64,000 nt of DNA from Klebsiella pneumoniae. GTDB lineage: Bacteria; Pseudomonadota; Gammaproteobacteria; Ga0077536. The position numbers and the translations under genes were made by a program. This document shows positions 47,243 to 57,749 of this stretch, one piece after another (within the stretch, counting starts at the first letter, position 1; the number at the start of each line of letters is the position of its first letter). The DNA is taken from contig CAMCQE010000005.1 of NCBI GenBank assembly GCA_945876945.1, forward strand, positions 922-64,921. The letters are read 5' to 3'. The notes under the pieces were generated by a model. The model searched no databases, had not been told where the DNA came from, and was given only the letters and a program-made list of their open reading frames with translations.

Positions 47243-49279
47243 ATGTTTCGCGGAAATCCCCCTCACCTGGGCTATGCCCAGTGCGCGTTTGCGCTCCTCC
47301 TGACGCTCGGTCTCGGGCTCGGTCAGGACGTCATGGCGCTGGAATCGCGGCCGCCGCCGCTGCGGGTCGTGGTCTTGCCGAATGCCCCTTCATCGCTCCA
47401 AACCTCACAAGCGGCCCGCATGATCACCGACTTCGCCAGCAGTGAAGGGCGCAAAGTGGAATGGTCGATCGCCACCCACCCTGCCGAATTGTTTGCGCGC
47501 CTCACCACTAATCGCTCGGATCTTGTGGTGGGGTCTTTGCCCGCTGACCTTGCGTCTAACCCAAGCCTGATCGCCACCAGCGTGGTCGCTACCGAGCGCT
47601 ACGTTGCCGTCGGCCGCCGCTATAACCCGGCGACCAGCCCACTGGACCTGCGGGATACCCGCATCGCGATGTCGCGCAACGCGCCGCTCTGGGACTACTT
47701 CAAGGCGCTCAAGGAAATCGTGCCCGGACTTCGATTCGAAATGCCTCGCTCTTCCCTGACCCGCAAAGCTTCCCTGCAACTCGTATCGGAGGGCGTTGCC
47801 GACGTGGCGGTGGTGGCGATCGGCAGCGATGCGGACTGGCTACAGACCCATCCCGACCTGCGGGTGCTCTTTGATCTCACCGGCGACGAACCGGTCAACT
47901 GGTATCTACGCCGGGAAGACAACCCGCTGTGCCAGCGCCTGAACGCCTTCATCGAGCGTTTCCATACCGCCTATCTCGAACCTACTGCCGCGCCACGCGA
48001 CTTCGCCACCATCCTGCGGAGCGGGGTATTGCGGGTGATCACGCGAGTTGAGCAGCCCAATTACTACATCGCCAACGGCAAACCTTCCGGCTTCGAGTTC
48101 GAGATGGCGCGAGCCTTTGCCGACCTGCACGGCCTACGGCTGGAAGTGCTCGTTGCGCGGGATGAAGACCAGATGCGGGACTGGCTACGCGAAGGCATGG
48201 GCGACCTCATCACCGCGCGGATGATTGGAGGTAAAGCGGAAGACGAGTCGCTCTTCAGCGCATCGCGCCAGTATCACTACACCGCGTACGCCGCCGTCAG
48301 CCGGGTGGCTTTGCCTACGGCGCAGAGCCTCGCCGGACATCAGATCGTGACCGTACAAGGCTCGCCAGAATGGCGGGCCGCGCGCTCGGTAGACGAGTCG
48401 CAACCGCATCCCAATCTGGTCGGGGTCGATGCGGCAGTGCCCAGCGAAACCGTGCTCGAGCAGGTTGCGGCGGGCTTGTTGGACTCAACCCTGATCGCCG
48501 GCGATGACGCGATCAGAGTGCTCTCCCGCTACCCGCAGCTGAAAGTTGGCGCCTCCATCCCGCATCAGTACCACCATCGGTGGCTGACCCGGCGCAACGA
48601 TCCCTTGCTGCTCGACGCCAGCAACCGGTTTCTCGACGCCGCTCAAAGCAATGGGCTCGAGACCATGCTCTCAGCCCGCTACTTCGACAATCCGGTACCT
48701 GGTCGTCGCGGGCGCGGTCAGGACGATCGGCTTTCGCCTTTCGACCCGCTCCTGCAGCGCTATGCGGAGCGCTACGGCTTTGATTGGCGACTGATTGCCG
48801 CGCAGATGTATCAGGAGAGCCAGTTTGATCCCGCGGCGATGTCACGGAGCGGCGCGGTAGGACTCATGCAACTCCTGCCGAGCACCGCCGAAGCGATCGG
48901 GCTCGGCAATGTCGCCAGACCCGAGATCGCCATCCACGCCGGCATCAAGTACCTCTACACCTTGCGCAATGAGTTCGATGAGCAGGTGCCGGTGGGCGAA
49001 CGGACCTGGTTTGCGCTCGCGGCGTATAACCTTGGCGCCCAGCGGGTTGCAAAGGCACGGGAAATGGCCAGCCAACTGGGACTAGACCCTAACCGCTGGT
49101 CGGGCAATGTCGAAAAGGCGATGACCGAGCTTGCCCGCAGCGCGGCCAACGGCGGCGATTCTCGCTACGGGCAGGCGCTGATTTACGTGCGATCGATTCA
49201 GTTGCTCTATGGCAGCTACCGCAATCTGCTGGCGTTCTCCGGCCTCATCCCCAAGCGGGTCGGCGCGCCTTCGGCCTGA
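47243..49279 (+). CDS. mltF: membrane-bound lytic murein transglycosylase F-like protein with two tandem solute-binding-protein-like domains
   Basis: The C-terminal SLT domain has AAQMYQESQFDPAAMSRSGAVGLMQLLP...AYNLG. Two PBP type-3-like segments (residues ~45-245 and ~255-470) precede it. A signal peptide is present. Confidence 0.85.
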   Translation: MFRGNPPHLGYAQCAFALLLTLGLGLGQDVMALESRPPPLRVVVLPNAPSSLQTSQAARMITDFASSEGRKVEWSIATHPAELFARLTTNRSDLVVGSLPADLASNPSLIATSVVATERYVAVGRRYNPATSPLDLRDTRIAMSRNAPLWDYFKALKEIVPGLRFEMPRSSLTRKASLQLVSEGVADVAVVAIGSDADWLQTHPDLRVLFDLTGDEPVNWYLRREDNPLCQRLNAFIERFHTAYLEPTAAPRDFATILRSGVLRVITRVEQPNYYIANGKPSGFEFEMARAFADLHGLRLEVLVARDEDQMRDWLREGMGDLITARMIGGKAEDESLFSASRQYHYTAYAAVSRVALPTAQSLAGHQIVTVQGSPEWRAARSVDESQPHPNLVGVDAAVPSETVLEQVAAGLLDSTLIAGDDAIRVLSRYPQLKVGASIPHQYHHRWLTRRNDPLLLDASNRFLDAAQSNGLETMLSARYFDNPVPGRRGRGQDDRLSPFDPLLQRYAERYGFDWRLIAAQMYQESQFDPAAMSRSGAVGLMQLLPSTAEAIGLGNVARPEIAIHAGIKYLYTLRNEFDEQVPVGERTWFALAAYNLGAQRVAKAREMASQLGLDPNRWSGNVEKAMTELARSAANGGDSRYGQALIYVRSIQLLYGSYRNLLAFSGLIPKRVGAPSA

Positions 49280-49283
49280 GGGC

Positions 49284-49973
49284 TTAAGCCCCGTAGCGGG
49301 TGGGATCGGGTACGCCCGCCTGTCTGAAGCCCGCCTCGCGCAAGCGGCAAGAATCGCAGCGCCCGCAGGCGGCGCCGTCCTCGGTGGCCTGATAGCAAGA
49401 CACCGTCATCGCGTAATCAACGCCCAAGCGGTGACCGAGCTGGATGATTTCCGCTTTCGAACTGTGCATCAGCGGCGTGATCAGGCGTATCGGCTGGCCG
49501 CCGACCGCCCGCTTGGTGGCCAGATTCGCCATCGCCTCAAAGGCTGCGATAAACGCCGGGCGGCAGTCCGGATAACCCGAATAATCCACTGCGTTAACGC
49601 CCAGATGGATTTCGTCTGCATCAAGCACTTCGGCCCAGGCCAGCGCGAGCGACAACATCACCGTATTGCGCGCCGGGACATAGGTGATCGGGATCTCGGT
49701 AGTGGGCGATTCGGGAACAGCAATGGAGAGATCGGTCAGCGCGGACCCGCCAAACTGGCCCAAATCGACGCTGGCACAGCGGTGTTCCCGCACCCCTAAG
49801 GCGCGAGCAATGCGGGCGGCAGCGGCAATTTCGGCGCTGTGGCGCTGGCCGTATTGCACGGTGAGCGCGAAACATTCGCGCCCCTCGGCCAAGGCCGCGG
49901 CCAGCACGGTGCTGGAATCAAGCCCGCCCGACAGCAACACCACCGCACGCGGCGCACTCACGGCGGCGCTCAC
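49284..49973 (-). CDS. queC: 7-cyano-7-deazaguanine synthase
   Basis: Has the PP-loop LLSGGLDSS and a C-terminal zinc cluster C..C..C..C. Confidence 0.93.
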   Translation of the reverse strand: MSAAVSAPRAVVLLSGGLDSSTVLAAALAEGRECFALTVQYGQRHSAEIAAAARIARALGVREHRCASVDLGQFGGSALTDLSIAVPESPTTEIPITYVPARNTVMLSLALAWAEVLDADEIHLGVNAVDYSGYPDCRPAFIAAFEAMANLATKRAVGGQPIRLITPLMHSSKAEIIQLGHRLGVDYAMTVSCYQATEDGAACGRCDSCRLREAGFRQAGVPDPTRYGA

Positions 49974-49982
49974 CGAAGCGGC

Positions 49983-50924
49983 CTAACGGGGCTTCCCGCT
50001 TTTGATTTGCGCCAGCCGCTCCTGGCCCAAGCGGGCGGCGGCGGAGCCGGGATACTGCTGCACCAGCGCTTTCAGGGTCGCGTTGGCCTCGGCGGTCTTG
50101 CCGAGCTTGTCATAGCTATAGCCGGTCTTCAGCAGGGCATGCGAGAGCTTTTTGCTGGCCGGATATTGGCTCTGCATTTTCTGATATTCAGCGATGGCCT
50201 GCGCGTACTGCGCCTTGGCGTAGTAGGCCTCGGCCAGCCAGTACTGCGCATTGTCACCGTACTGGCTCTGCGGAAATTGCGCCTGAAACGCGGTAAAGGA
50301 GGCGATGGCCCGGTCGTAATCCCCCGCTCGCAACAAGGCGAAGGCGTCGCGGTAAGCCGCTTCGGAGGTGGCGTCGTCGCCCGCCACAGGCGGTGGTGAG
50401 ACAGGGTTGGTCGCTAGGGGATCCGCCGGGGCGGCGCTGTTGGCGTCATCGGCCGGCGCCGTGGCGCCGTCATCACTTGATTGAGCGTCCGCCTCTATCG
50501 GCGGCGAGCCGGCCGTTTCGACCTGCAGCGAGGATTCCGGCGCGGGCGTGCCAGCCACGCCTTCTACCGCCGGCGGGCTCAGCGTTGGCAGCGCTGGGGC
50601 CGCGCCGTTCGCGGATTGGCTGTCATGCAGACGTCGATCCAGATCGGCGTAGCGGTCGTTCTGCTGCTTCTGTAACTGCTCCAGCGCATAGCCCTGGTCT
50701 TCAAGCTGCCCGCGCAAGCTCTGCACCTCACGCTTGAGGGCATCGACTTCACGGGAAAGTTGGAGCACGCCGGCGCTGGCCTGAGTGGCAGCCGCTGCCG
50801 CCGGCGCCGTCGCAGTCGCCTTCAAGCCCGTGCGTCCGGCGCTGGTATCGACGGCTTGCGCCGCGGCGAGGCTCGAAATCCCGAGGGCGCCGCTCACAGC
50901 GGCGGCGATAAGCAAACTTTTCAT
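49983..50924 (-). CDS. cpoB: cell division coordinator CpoB (YbgF)
   Basis: Has a signal peptide, a coiled coil, a long Ala/Pro-rich linker, and C-terminal TPR repeats. It is downstream of pal. Confidence 0.88.
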   Translation of the reverse strand: MKSLLIAAAVSGALGISSLAAAQAVDTSAGRTGLKATATAPAAAAATQASAGVLQLSREVDALKREVQSLRGQLEDQGYALEQLQKQQNDRYADLDRRLHDSQSANGAAPALPTLSPPAVEGVAGTPAPESSLQVETAGSPPIEADAQSSDDGATAPADDANSAAPADPLATNPVSPPPVAGDDATSEAAYRDAFALLRAGDYDRAIASFTAFQAQFPQSQYGDNAQYWLAEAYYAKAQYAQAIAEYQKMQSQYPASKKLSHALLKTGYSYDKLGKTAEANATLKALVQQYPGSAAARLGQERLAQIKSGKPR

Positions 50925-50960
50925 GGGTGCTTGGTCTCCGCCGCAAGTGGGCTGCTGGAC

Positions 50961-51509
50961 TTACTGCTGATAGATGATTTCAGCGCGCCGGTTCTGACTG
51001 TAGGACTGCTCGTCGTGACCTTCGGCCACCGGGCGCTCCTCACCGTAGCTCACGGTCTTGATCTGACCGGCGGTGGCACCCAGCAGCACCAGCTGGCGGC
51101 GCACCGTCAACGCACGTCGCTCACCGAGCGCCAGGTTGTACTCGCGGGAGCCGCTTTCGTCGGTGTGACCTTCCAGCGTGATGGTGGTCTGCGGGTGGCC
51201 GCTCAGATATTTCGCGTGGGCCTGCACGATGCTCTGGAAATCCGCCCGAATGTCGCTGCTGTCGTAATCGAAGTAGATCACGCGCACCGACAGCGGGCTA
51301 CTGGGGTCGTTCAGCTCAGCGGCGCCGGCGCCGGAACCATCGCCCATACCCTTGCTACGCGCGGCATCGATGTCGCTCATTTCGCCATTGGAGAGCCCAC
51401 GATTTTCGATCGAGGCGCCACCGGCCGGCTTCTTGTTCAGGCTGGAGCACCCCGTCGAAATGAGCACCGCCGCCAGCAGCAGGGTGGTTTTCAGGATGGC
51501 TCTTGTCAT
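50961..51509 (-). CDS. pal: peptidoglycan-associated lipoprotein
   Basis: Lipobox ISTGCSS and the OmpA_C motif GHTDESGSREYNLALGERRA. Confidence 0.95.
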   Translation of the reverse strand: MTRAILKTTLLLAAVLISTGCSSLNKKPAGGASIENRGLSNGEMSDIDAARSKGMGDGSGAGAAELNDPSSPLSVRVIYFDYDSSDIRADFQSIVQAHAKYLSGHPQTTITLEGHTDESGSREYNLALGERRALTVRRQLVLLGATAGQIKTVSYGEERPVAEGHDEQSYSQNRRAEIIYQQ

Positions 51510-51577
51510 GTCTGTCTCCTATTTCTTCTGATTGCCGAATGAAATGCGAGCGGCGATGGGCCGCAAATGTCAGTGCG

Positions 51578-52879
51578 TTATTGACGGATCGGGCCCCACG
51601 CGGGTTCCCGTACTTCGCCCTGTTGGAGCGCGAGGCGCTGCTTGATCGATCCATCTATCGAGACGGCGGCAAGCTCGGTGCCGCGCCCGGCCATTGTGGC
51701 ATAGATGATCATGCTGCCGTTCGGCGCGAAGCTGGGAGATTCATCCAGATTTGAACCCGTGAGCATGCGACTGCTGCCCGATTTCAAATCGAGCAGCGCG
51801 ATGCGGTAGCCCGAGCCGCCGTTCACCATCACCAGCGATCTCCCGTCCGGTGAGTAACTGGCGCGTGCGTTGTAGTTCCCCATGTTGAACGTGACGCGAC
51901 GCGCTTCGCCGCCGCCCGGCGCCACTTTATAAATTTGCGGGCCGCCGCTGCGGTCGGAGGTGAACACGATCGCGCTGCCGTCCGGTGCCCAGGAGGCTTC
52001 CGTGTCGATCGCCTCATGCGTGGTAATGCGGGTTTGCTGGCCAGACGCGATATCCACCACGTAGATGTCTGGGTTGCCCTCCACCGAGCGCGTTACCGCC
52101 AGGCGCCGGCCATCGGGTGCAAACGCCGGCGCGCTGTTGATCCCGGCGCCGGACACCACCTTCTGGCGCTGCCCGCTACGCACGTCCTGCACGTAGATCG
52201 CTGAGTTTTTGTTTTCAAACGACACATAGGCCAGGCGATTGCCGTCCGGCGACCAGGCCGGCGACATCAGCGGCTGCGGGGACTCGAGAATGGTCTTCGC
52301 GTCGTAGCCGTCGGCATCCGCAATCTGCAGGCGATAGGTGCTGTTCTTGGCGTCGCGGCGGGCCACCGTCACGTAGGCCACGCGGGTGGCGAACGCGCCC
52401 GGCACGTTGAGCAGGGTCTTGTAGATGATGTCGCTGATCTGGTGCGCGGTCAGGCGGAGCGCGCCGGCTTGCGTCGGAATCTGGAAGCCTGCCAACTGCT
52501 TGCCGGTAAACACATCCAGCAAGCGGAATTCCACCAGATACCCACCGTCGCCGCTGGCCGTAATCCGGCCAATGACGAGGTTATCCATCCCTACCGCGCG
52601 CCATTCTTTAAAGTTGACCTGCGTGGGATCGGAAGGCTGCGAGGGCAGATCGGCGCGCGGCATCGGCTTGAAGCGGCCGCTGCGCGTGAGGTCGTTGGAA
52701 ATCACCTGCGCAATGTCGTGCGGCATTGGCGAGCCCGCCCATTCGAACGGCGCGATGGCGATGGGCAGCGCGCCCTCTACGCCCTGGGTGATGCGAATGA
52801 CCAGCGGACCGCCGCCCACGCCTTGAGCGTTCGCGGTGAGGCAGGTCAAACAGAGGAAAGCCGTTGCAAACCACTTCAT
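51578..52879 (-). CDS. tolB: Tol-Pal system beta-propeller protein TolB
   Basis: 433 aa with repeated P.WSPDG/PDG propeller motifs and a signal peptide. Confidence 0.96.
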   Translation of the reverse strand: MKWFATAFLCLTCLTANAQGVGGGPLVIRITQGVEGALPIAIAPFEWAGSPMPHDIAQVISNDLTRSGRFKPMPRADLPSQPSDPTQVNFKEWRAVGMDNLVIGRITASGDGGYLVEFRLLDVFTGKQLAGFQIPTQAGALRLTAHQISDIIYKTLLNVPGAFATRVAYVTVARRDAKNSTYRLQIADADGYDAKTILESPQPLMSPAWSPDGNRLAYVSFENKNSAIYVQDVRSGQRQKVVSGAGINSAPAFAPDGRRLAVTRSVEGNPDIYVVDIASGQQTRITTHEAIDTEASWAPDGSAIVFTSDRSGGPQIYKVAPGGGEARRVTFNMGNYNARASYSPDGRSLVMVNGGSGYRIALLDLKSGSSRMLTGSNLDESPSFAPNGSMIIYATMAGRGTELAAVSIDGSIKQRLALQQGEVREPAWGPIRQ

Positions 52880-53952
52880 TAGTTAACTTCCGAGGGGTCG
52901 AATTCGAACTGGATATCTTTCATCTGCTGGAACAGACGGGCCTCGTCGGGCACCGGCAATGGTGAGGCCTTACGCACGGCAAGTTCAGCCTGCCGATCGA
53001 ACGTGGCGTTGCCGCTCGATTTGATCACGCGCGCGTCCACGACTTCGCCGCCGGGGATCATGCGGATGAGCAGCGTGCACTTCAATCCGCTCTTGATGTC
53101 GGGCGCGACAAAATTGCTTGAGACCTGCCGCAGAATCGCCGCCGTGTAGCGCGCGAGTTCTGATTGGTCCGCCTTGGACTGATTGGCCGAGGCCATTTCG
53201 GCTTCTTCGGCCGCGAGCTCGTCGGCCAGCGCCTTCGCCTCGGCGGCCTTGCGCTTGGCGTCGGCCTGCTTCTTCGCGTCGTCGGCTTTTTTCTTGTCTT
53301 CCGCGGCTTTCTTTTTCTCGTCGGCTTTTTTCTGGGCTTCGTCAGCGGCCTTCTTTTTGGCCTCTTCCTCAGCTTTCTTCTTCGCCTCTTCCTCAGCCTT
53401 CTTTTTGGCCTCTTCGTCGGCCTTTTTCTTCTGCTGCGCGACCTTCTTTTGCTCTTCGACTTTCTTTTGTTCGTCGAGCTTTTTCTTCTCGGCCAGCGCC
53501 TGCTGCTTTTCCTGCTCGGCCTGCTGCTTTTCCTTGACGACCTGTTCTTTCTCTTGCTGGAGGCGCTGCTTCTCTTCTTCCAGCTTGCGACTCTCGACCT
53601 CTTTTTCGCGCTTGAGGTTTTCCTTCTCCGCCTTCAGTTTCTCCAGCGCCAGTTCTTCCTTTTCACGGCGCTGCTCGGCTTCCTTCACCTTGCGGTCGGC
53701 TTCGCGCTGCTTGGCCTGTTCGGCGGTTTTCAGTTTCTGGACTTCGCGCGCCACCGCGTTGGGGTCGACGGCGGTCACGTTCATCACCTTGCCTTCGCCC
53801 GGCGGGGTCGGCGCCGGTGTGCTGGTGCTGAGGTCGATGCCCACCACAAATACCAGCACCAGCGCCGTGTGCAGCAGCAATGAGTAATAGAACCCACGCC
53901 CCCGGCCGCTGCGGGTTTTTTGGTGGCGTTTCTCGCGCGGGACGTTTTTCAC
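52879..53952 (-). CDS. tolA: Tol-Pal system protein TolA
   Basis: Has an N-terminal TM helix, a long Lys/Glu/Ala helical domain, and a TolA C-terminal domain. It sits in tol cluster context. Confidence 0.9.
   Translation of the reverse strand: MKNVPREKRHQKTRSGRGRGFYYSLLLHTALVLVFVVGIDLSTSTPAPTPPGEGKVMNVTAVDPNAVAREVQKLKTAEQAKQREADRKVKEAEQRREKEELALEKLKAEKENLKREKEVESRKLEEEKQRLQQEKEQVVKEKQQAEQEKQQALAEKKKLDEQKKVEEQKKVAQQKKKADEEAKKKAEEEAKKKAEEEAKKKAADEAQKKADEKKKAAEDKKKADDAKKQADAKRKAAEAKALADELAAEEAEMASANQSKADQSELARYTAAILRQVSSNFVAPDIKSGLKCTLLIRMIPGGEVVDARVIKSSGNATFDRQAELAVRKASPLPVPDEARLFQQMKDIQFEFDPSEVN
53336..53431. repeat. in-frame 24-bp tandem repeats inside tolA (encode (AEEEAKKK)n)
   Basis: There are two near-identical units at 53360..53383 and 53384..53407, with degenerate flanking copies. 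Confidence 0.7.
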
Positions 53953-53970
53953 AGTGCTGCTTAAGCGCGC

Positions 53971-54414
53971 CTATTTTTTCGCCGGCGGGTCGGTCATCAG
54001 ACCTACGTTCGATAAGCCGGCGGCCTGCATCATCGCAAAGACCTCGACCACCCGGCCGTAGTTCACGCCGGCATCACCTCGCACCAGAAACTGGTTACCC
54101 GGTTTGTATTTGTTAACGCTGATTAGCTTGGTTTTCAGCGCGCTTTCCTCGATCGGCTCCCCGGGGTCGTCGTTCAGGTCGCAGAAAATTTGACCCTTGG
54201 CGTCGATGGTGACGATCACCGGCTCCTTGTCGCTGGTATCCACCACCTTCGACGCTGCCTGCGGCAGCTCCACGTTCACGCTCTGCGTCACCAGCGGCGC
54301 GGTAACCATGAAAATGATGAGCAGGACGAGCGTGACGTCGATGTAAGGCACCACGTTCATCTCGGCCATCAGACGTTTACCGCGGCGGCCGCCGCGTGGC
54401 GTGACGCTCGCCAT
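53971..54414 (-). CDS. tolR: Tol-Pal system protein TolR
   Basis: ExbD/TolR family (MAEMNVVPYIDVTLVLLIIFMV), located between tolQ and tolA. Confidence 0.92.
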   Translation of the reverse strand: MASVTPRGGRRGKRLMAEMNVVPYIDVTLVLLIIFMVTAPLVTQSVNVELPQAASKVVDTSDKEPVIVTIDAKGQIFCDLNDDPGEPIEESALKTKLISVNKYKPGNQFLVRGDAGVNYGRVVEVFAMMQAAGLSNVGLMTDPPAKK

Positions 54415-54417
54415 GGC

Positions 54418-55092
54418 TTACACGTGCACCTGACGTTGCAGAATCGCCGAGAACTCTTCGAGGAAGATTTCGTAGCGACTGGACAGGCGGTCAATCTCGC
54501 TGGAAAAGCGGTTGTAGAAAATTACCGCCGGAATCGCGGCAAAGAGGCCCATCGCGGTGGCGACCAAGGCTTCCGAGATACCCGGCGCGACCATCGCCAG
54601 CGTGGCTTGATGGGCGCTGGAAAGACCACGGAACGAATTCATGATGCCCCACACGGTGCCGAACAGGCCGATGTAGGGACTGACCGAGCCGACGGTGGCG
54701 AGCATCGGCAGATTGCCTTCCAGCGCTTCGAGTTCGCGGCTCAGCGCGATGCGCATGGCGCGCTGCGAACCTTCCAGCACCATCTCCGGCGGCAGGCCTT
54801 CTTTCTTGCGCAGACGGGCAAATTCCTTGAAGCCGGCCTCGAACATGCGCTGCGTGCCGTCGGCCGGCGCGCGCTGGTTGGAGACGCGGTTAAACAGCGC
54901 GGTGAGGTCTTCTGAAGACCAGAACTGGTCTTCAAACTGCTGCGCGGCGCGCTTGGCCTGCATTAAGTCGCGGCGCTTGCCAAAGACCAGCGCCCACGAG
55001 GCCATCGAAGCCCCCAGCAACACCAACATCACGAGTTTCACCAGCAGGCTTGCGCCCAGGATGAGACTCGCAATCGACATATCACCTTCCAT
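54418..55092 (-). CDS. tolQ: Tol-Pal system protein TolQ
   Basis: MotA/TolQ/ExbB family (GLFGTVWGIMNSF). Confidence 0.93.
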   Translation of the reverse strand: MEGDMSIASLILGASLLVKLVMLVLLGASMASWALVFGKRRDLMQAKRAAQQFEDQFWSSEDLTALFNRVSNQRAPADGTQRMFEAGFKEFARLRKKEGLPPEMVLEGSQRAMRIALSRELEALEGNLPMLATVGSVSPYIGLFGTVWGIMNSFRGLSSAHQATLAMVAPGISEALVATAMGLFAAIPAVIFYNRFSSEIDRLSSRYEIFLEEFSAILQRQVHV

Positions 55093-55495
55093 TACTGATC
55101 CCCTGATAAATCGCTTCGGGCATGCGCTGTGGCTGCATGCGATGAAAATTCACGCTGCCCACCCGGATGTCTCCGGTGGAGAGCAGCGTGCCGTGTTCGT
55201 CGATCACCGTCTGTCGAAACTCGACGCTGGCCCAACCGAGGCGTTGGAGCGCGCAGGTGGCAAAAAGTTGATCGTTAAACCGCGCCGGCCGCAGAAATTC
55301 CACGTTGGCACTGCGCACCACAAAGGCGATGCCGTGTTCGCGGGCAATGGCGCGCTGGTCAAAGCCGAGCGCGCGCAGCCACTCGGTGCGGGCGCGCTCC
55401 ATAAACTTGATGTAGTTCGCGTGATAGACGATGCCGGCGGCGTCGGTGTCTTCGTAATACACGCGGATGGGAAAGCGAAACTCAGGCGGACTCAT
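55082..55495 (-). CDS. ybgC: tol-pal-associated acyl-CoA thioesterase
   Basis: 4HBT hotdog motif [18 protein letters not shown]. It is upstream of tolQ. Confidence 0.9.
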   Translation of the reverse strand: MSPPEFRFPIRVYYEDTDAAGIVYHANYIKFMERARTEWLRALGFDQRAIAREHGIAFVVRSANVEFLRPARFNDQLFATCALQRLGWASVEFRQTVIDEHGTLLSTGDIRVGSVNFHRMQPQRMPEAIYQGISNGR

Positions 55496-56538
55496 CGCAG
55501 CGTGCCCTCATCGAACAAATCCTGCGGCTGCATGGCGGTCTGCGGTGGCGTGAGGCCAAAGTGAATCCAGGCCGAGCGCGTCGCCATGCGGCCGCGCGCG
55601 GTACGCAGCATGTAGCCCTGCTGAATCAGAAACGGCTCGACCACGTCTTCAATCGTGCCGCGCTCTTCACCAATCGCAGCGGCGAGGCTGTCGACACCCA
55701 CCGGCCCGCCGTCGAACTTCTGCATGATGGTGAGCAGCAGGCGCCGGTCCATGGTGTCGAAACCGTTGGCGTCGACCGCGAGTAAATCGAGCGCGCGGGC
55801 CGCGACCTCACCGGTGAGGCGACCGTCGGCCTTCACTTCGGCGAAATCTCGCGCCCGGCGCAACAGGCGATTGGCAATACGCGGCGTGCCGCGAGCGCGG
55901 GTCGCGATTTCGCGCGCGCCTTCCGGGTCGATGGCGACGCCCAGAATGCCGGCGGCGCGGCCCACGATATGGGCGAGGTCTTCCACCGAATAAAACTCAA
56001 GCCGCTGCACGATGCCGAATCGATCGCGCAGCGGCGAGGTCAGGAGTCCGGCGCGAGTGGTCGCGCCCACCAGCGTAAACGGCGGCAAATCGAGCTTGAT
56101 CGCCCGCGCCGCCGGACCTTCGCCAATCATGATGTCGAGCTGAAAGTCTTCCATCGCCGGATAGAGAATTTCTTCCACCACCGGACTCAGGCGATGGATT
56201 TCATCGATGAAGAGCACGTCGCGCGGCTCGAGGTTGGTGAGCAGCGCGGCCAGATCGCCGGGACGCTCGAGCACCGGACCGGAGGTTTGGCGCAGGTTCA
56301 CCTGCATTTCATTGGCGAGGATGTTGGCGAGGGTGGTTTTGCCCAAGCCCGGCGGCCCGAAGATCAGCACGTGGTCCAGGGCTTCGGCGCGTTTGCGGGC
56401 GGCGCCGATGAAAATCTCCATCTGCTCGCGCACCACCGGCTGACCGACGTAATCCGCCAGCCGGCGCGGACGGATCTGACCGTCGAGCGCAACTTCATCA
56501 GCGCTGGGCGTGGCGGAAATCAGGCGAGTGTTGCTCAT
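55492..56538 (-). CDS. ruvB: Holliday junction branch migration DNA helicase RuvB
   Basis: Has the Walker [10 protein letters not shown] and DEIHRL. Confidence 0.97.
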   Translation of the reverse strand: MSNTRLISATPSADEVALDGQIRPRRLADYVGQPVVREQMEIFIGAARKRAEALDHVLIFGPPGLGKTTLANILANEMQVNLRQTSGPVLERPGDLAALLTNLEPRDVLFIDEIHRLSPVVEEILYPAMEDFQLDIMIGEGPAARAIKLDLPPFTLVGATTRAGLLTSPLRDRFGIVQRLEFYSVEDLAHIVGRAAGILGVAIDPEGAREIATRARGTPRIANRLLRRARDFAEVKADGRLTGEVAARALDLLAVDANGFDTMDRRLLLTIMQKFDGGPVGVDSLAAAIGEERGTIEDVVEPFLIQQGYMLRTARGRMATRSAWIHFGLTPPQTAMQPQDLFDEGTLR

Positions 56539-56595
56539 ATCAGCTAGAGGCCGCCATTGTGCAACAGCAGCATGAATCTGTAATGAACCGCGACA

Positions 56596-57201
56596 TCAAG
56601 ATCGCGCCAAGCCGCGCAAGACTTCGCGAATGATGGCGTCGGTGGTTTTGTTCTCGGTGTCGATGGCGTGCACCAGACGGCTCGCTTCCTGCGGCTTGTA
56701 GCCGAGCGCGATAAGGCCGCTGACCGCGTCCGCCACGGCATCGGTCGGCGGCGGCGCGCCGGGCAAAGTGCTGATGCTCACGCCACCCACCGGCGCCCAG
56801 TCGCTCACGCGGTCGCGCATTTCCACAATCAGGCGCTCGGCGGTTTTTTTGCCGATGCCAGGCAAGGCGGTGAGGCGGGTGGCGTCGCCGCGCTGCACGC
56901 TGCTCACAAATTCGTCCACCTGCATGCCGGACAGTACCGCCAGCGCCATCTTGGCGCCCACGCCGCTCACCTTCAGCAGGCTTTGAAACAGTTCGCGCTC
57001 GGCCAGCGTGGCGAAGCCGTAAAGGCTCTGCGCGTCTTCGCGCACCACCAGATGCGTATGCAGGATGACCTCGGTGTTGAGGTCGGGCAGCGCCCACACG
57101 GTGGTCATGGGCGCGTCCACTTCGTAGCCCACACCGTGGCATTCCACCAACAGTCGCGGCGGGCGCTTCTCGATCAAAAGACCGCGTAGGCGGCCGATCA
57201 C
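56596..57201 (-). CDS. ruvA: Holliday junction branch migration protein RuvA
   Basis: Has the N-terminus MIGRLRGLLIEK and the HhH motif LPGIGKKTAERL. Confidence 0.95.
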   Translation of the reverse strand: MIGRLRGLLIEKRPPRLLVECHGVGYEVDAPMTTVWALPDLNTEVILHTHLVVREDAQSLYGFATLAERELFQSLLKVSGVGAKMALAVLSGMQVDEFVSSVQRGDATRLTALPGIGKKTAERLIVEMRDRVSDWAPVGGVSISTLPGAPPPTDAVADAVSGLIALGYKPQEASRLVHAIDTENKTTDAIIREVLRGLARS

Positions 57202-57722
57202 AGCCAGCGCCCCGCCCGAGCGCCGCGCGCGCCGCTGGCGGCGATAGCGGTGAGGCTTTGACGCGTATGACCGTGGCAGAGCGCCACCCCGAGCGCATCC
57301 GCGGCGTCGGCGCGCAAGGTCCCCTGCATCGACAACAAGACTTTCACCATGTGCTGCACCTGATCCTTGGTGGCGTGGCCGCGGCCGACCACCGCCTGTT
57401 TGATTTCATTCGGCGAGTATTCGTGCACCGGCAGCTCGCACATCGCCGCCGCCACAATCGCCGCGCCGCGCGCCTGACCGAGCTTGATGGCGGAATCGGC
57501 GTTGCGGTTCATGAAGATTTTCTCGATCGCTACTTCATCTGGCCGATGTTCGCGAATCACCGCGGTCAGCCCGATAAAAATCTCGCGCAGCCGCTCCGCC
57601 AGCGGCAGATCCGCCATGTCCACGCAGCCGCTCGCCACGTGCACGCTTTTGTTTTTCTCCATCGCCACCACGCCGTAACCCGTCACGCGCGAGCCGGGGT
57701 CGATGCCGAGGATCAGCGTCAT
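57198..57722 (-). CDS. ruvC: crossover junction endodeoxyribonuclease RuvC
   Basis: N-terminus ILGIDPGSRVTGYGVV. Confidence 0.95.
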   Translation of the reverse strand: MTLILGIDPGSRVTGYGVVAMEKNKSVHVASGCVDMADLPLAERLREIFIGLTAVIREHRPDEVAIEKIFMNRNADSAIKLGQARGAAIVAAAMCELPVHEYSPNEIKQAVVGRGHATKDQVQHMVKVLLSMQGTLRADAADALGVALCHGHTRQSLTAIAASGARGARAGRWL

Positions 57723-57749
57723 CGGGCGGCGACGCTGCGCGCGAGCGGC

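Noticed and set aside
49974-49982. preQ1 riboswitch upstream of queC
   Set aside because: Only 9 bp separate queC from the cpoB stop, which leaves no room for a riboswitch. queC appears co-transcribed with the tol-pal-cpoB operon.
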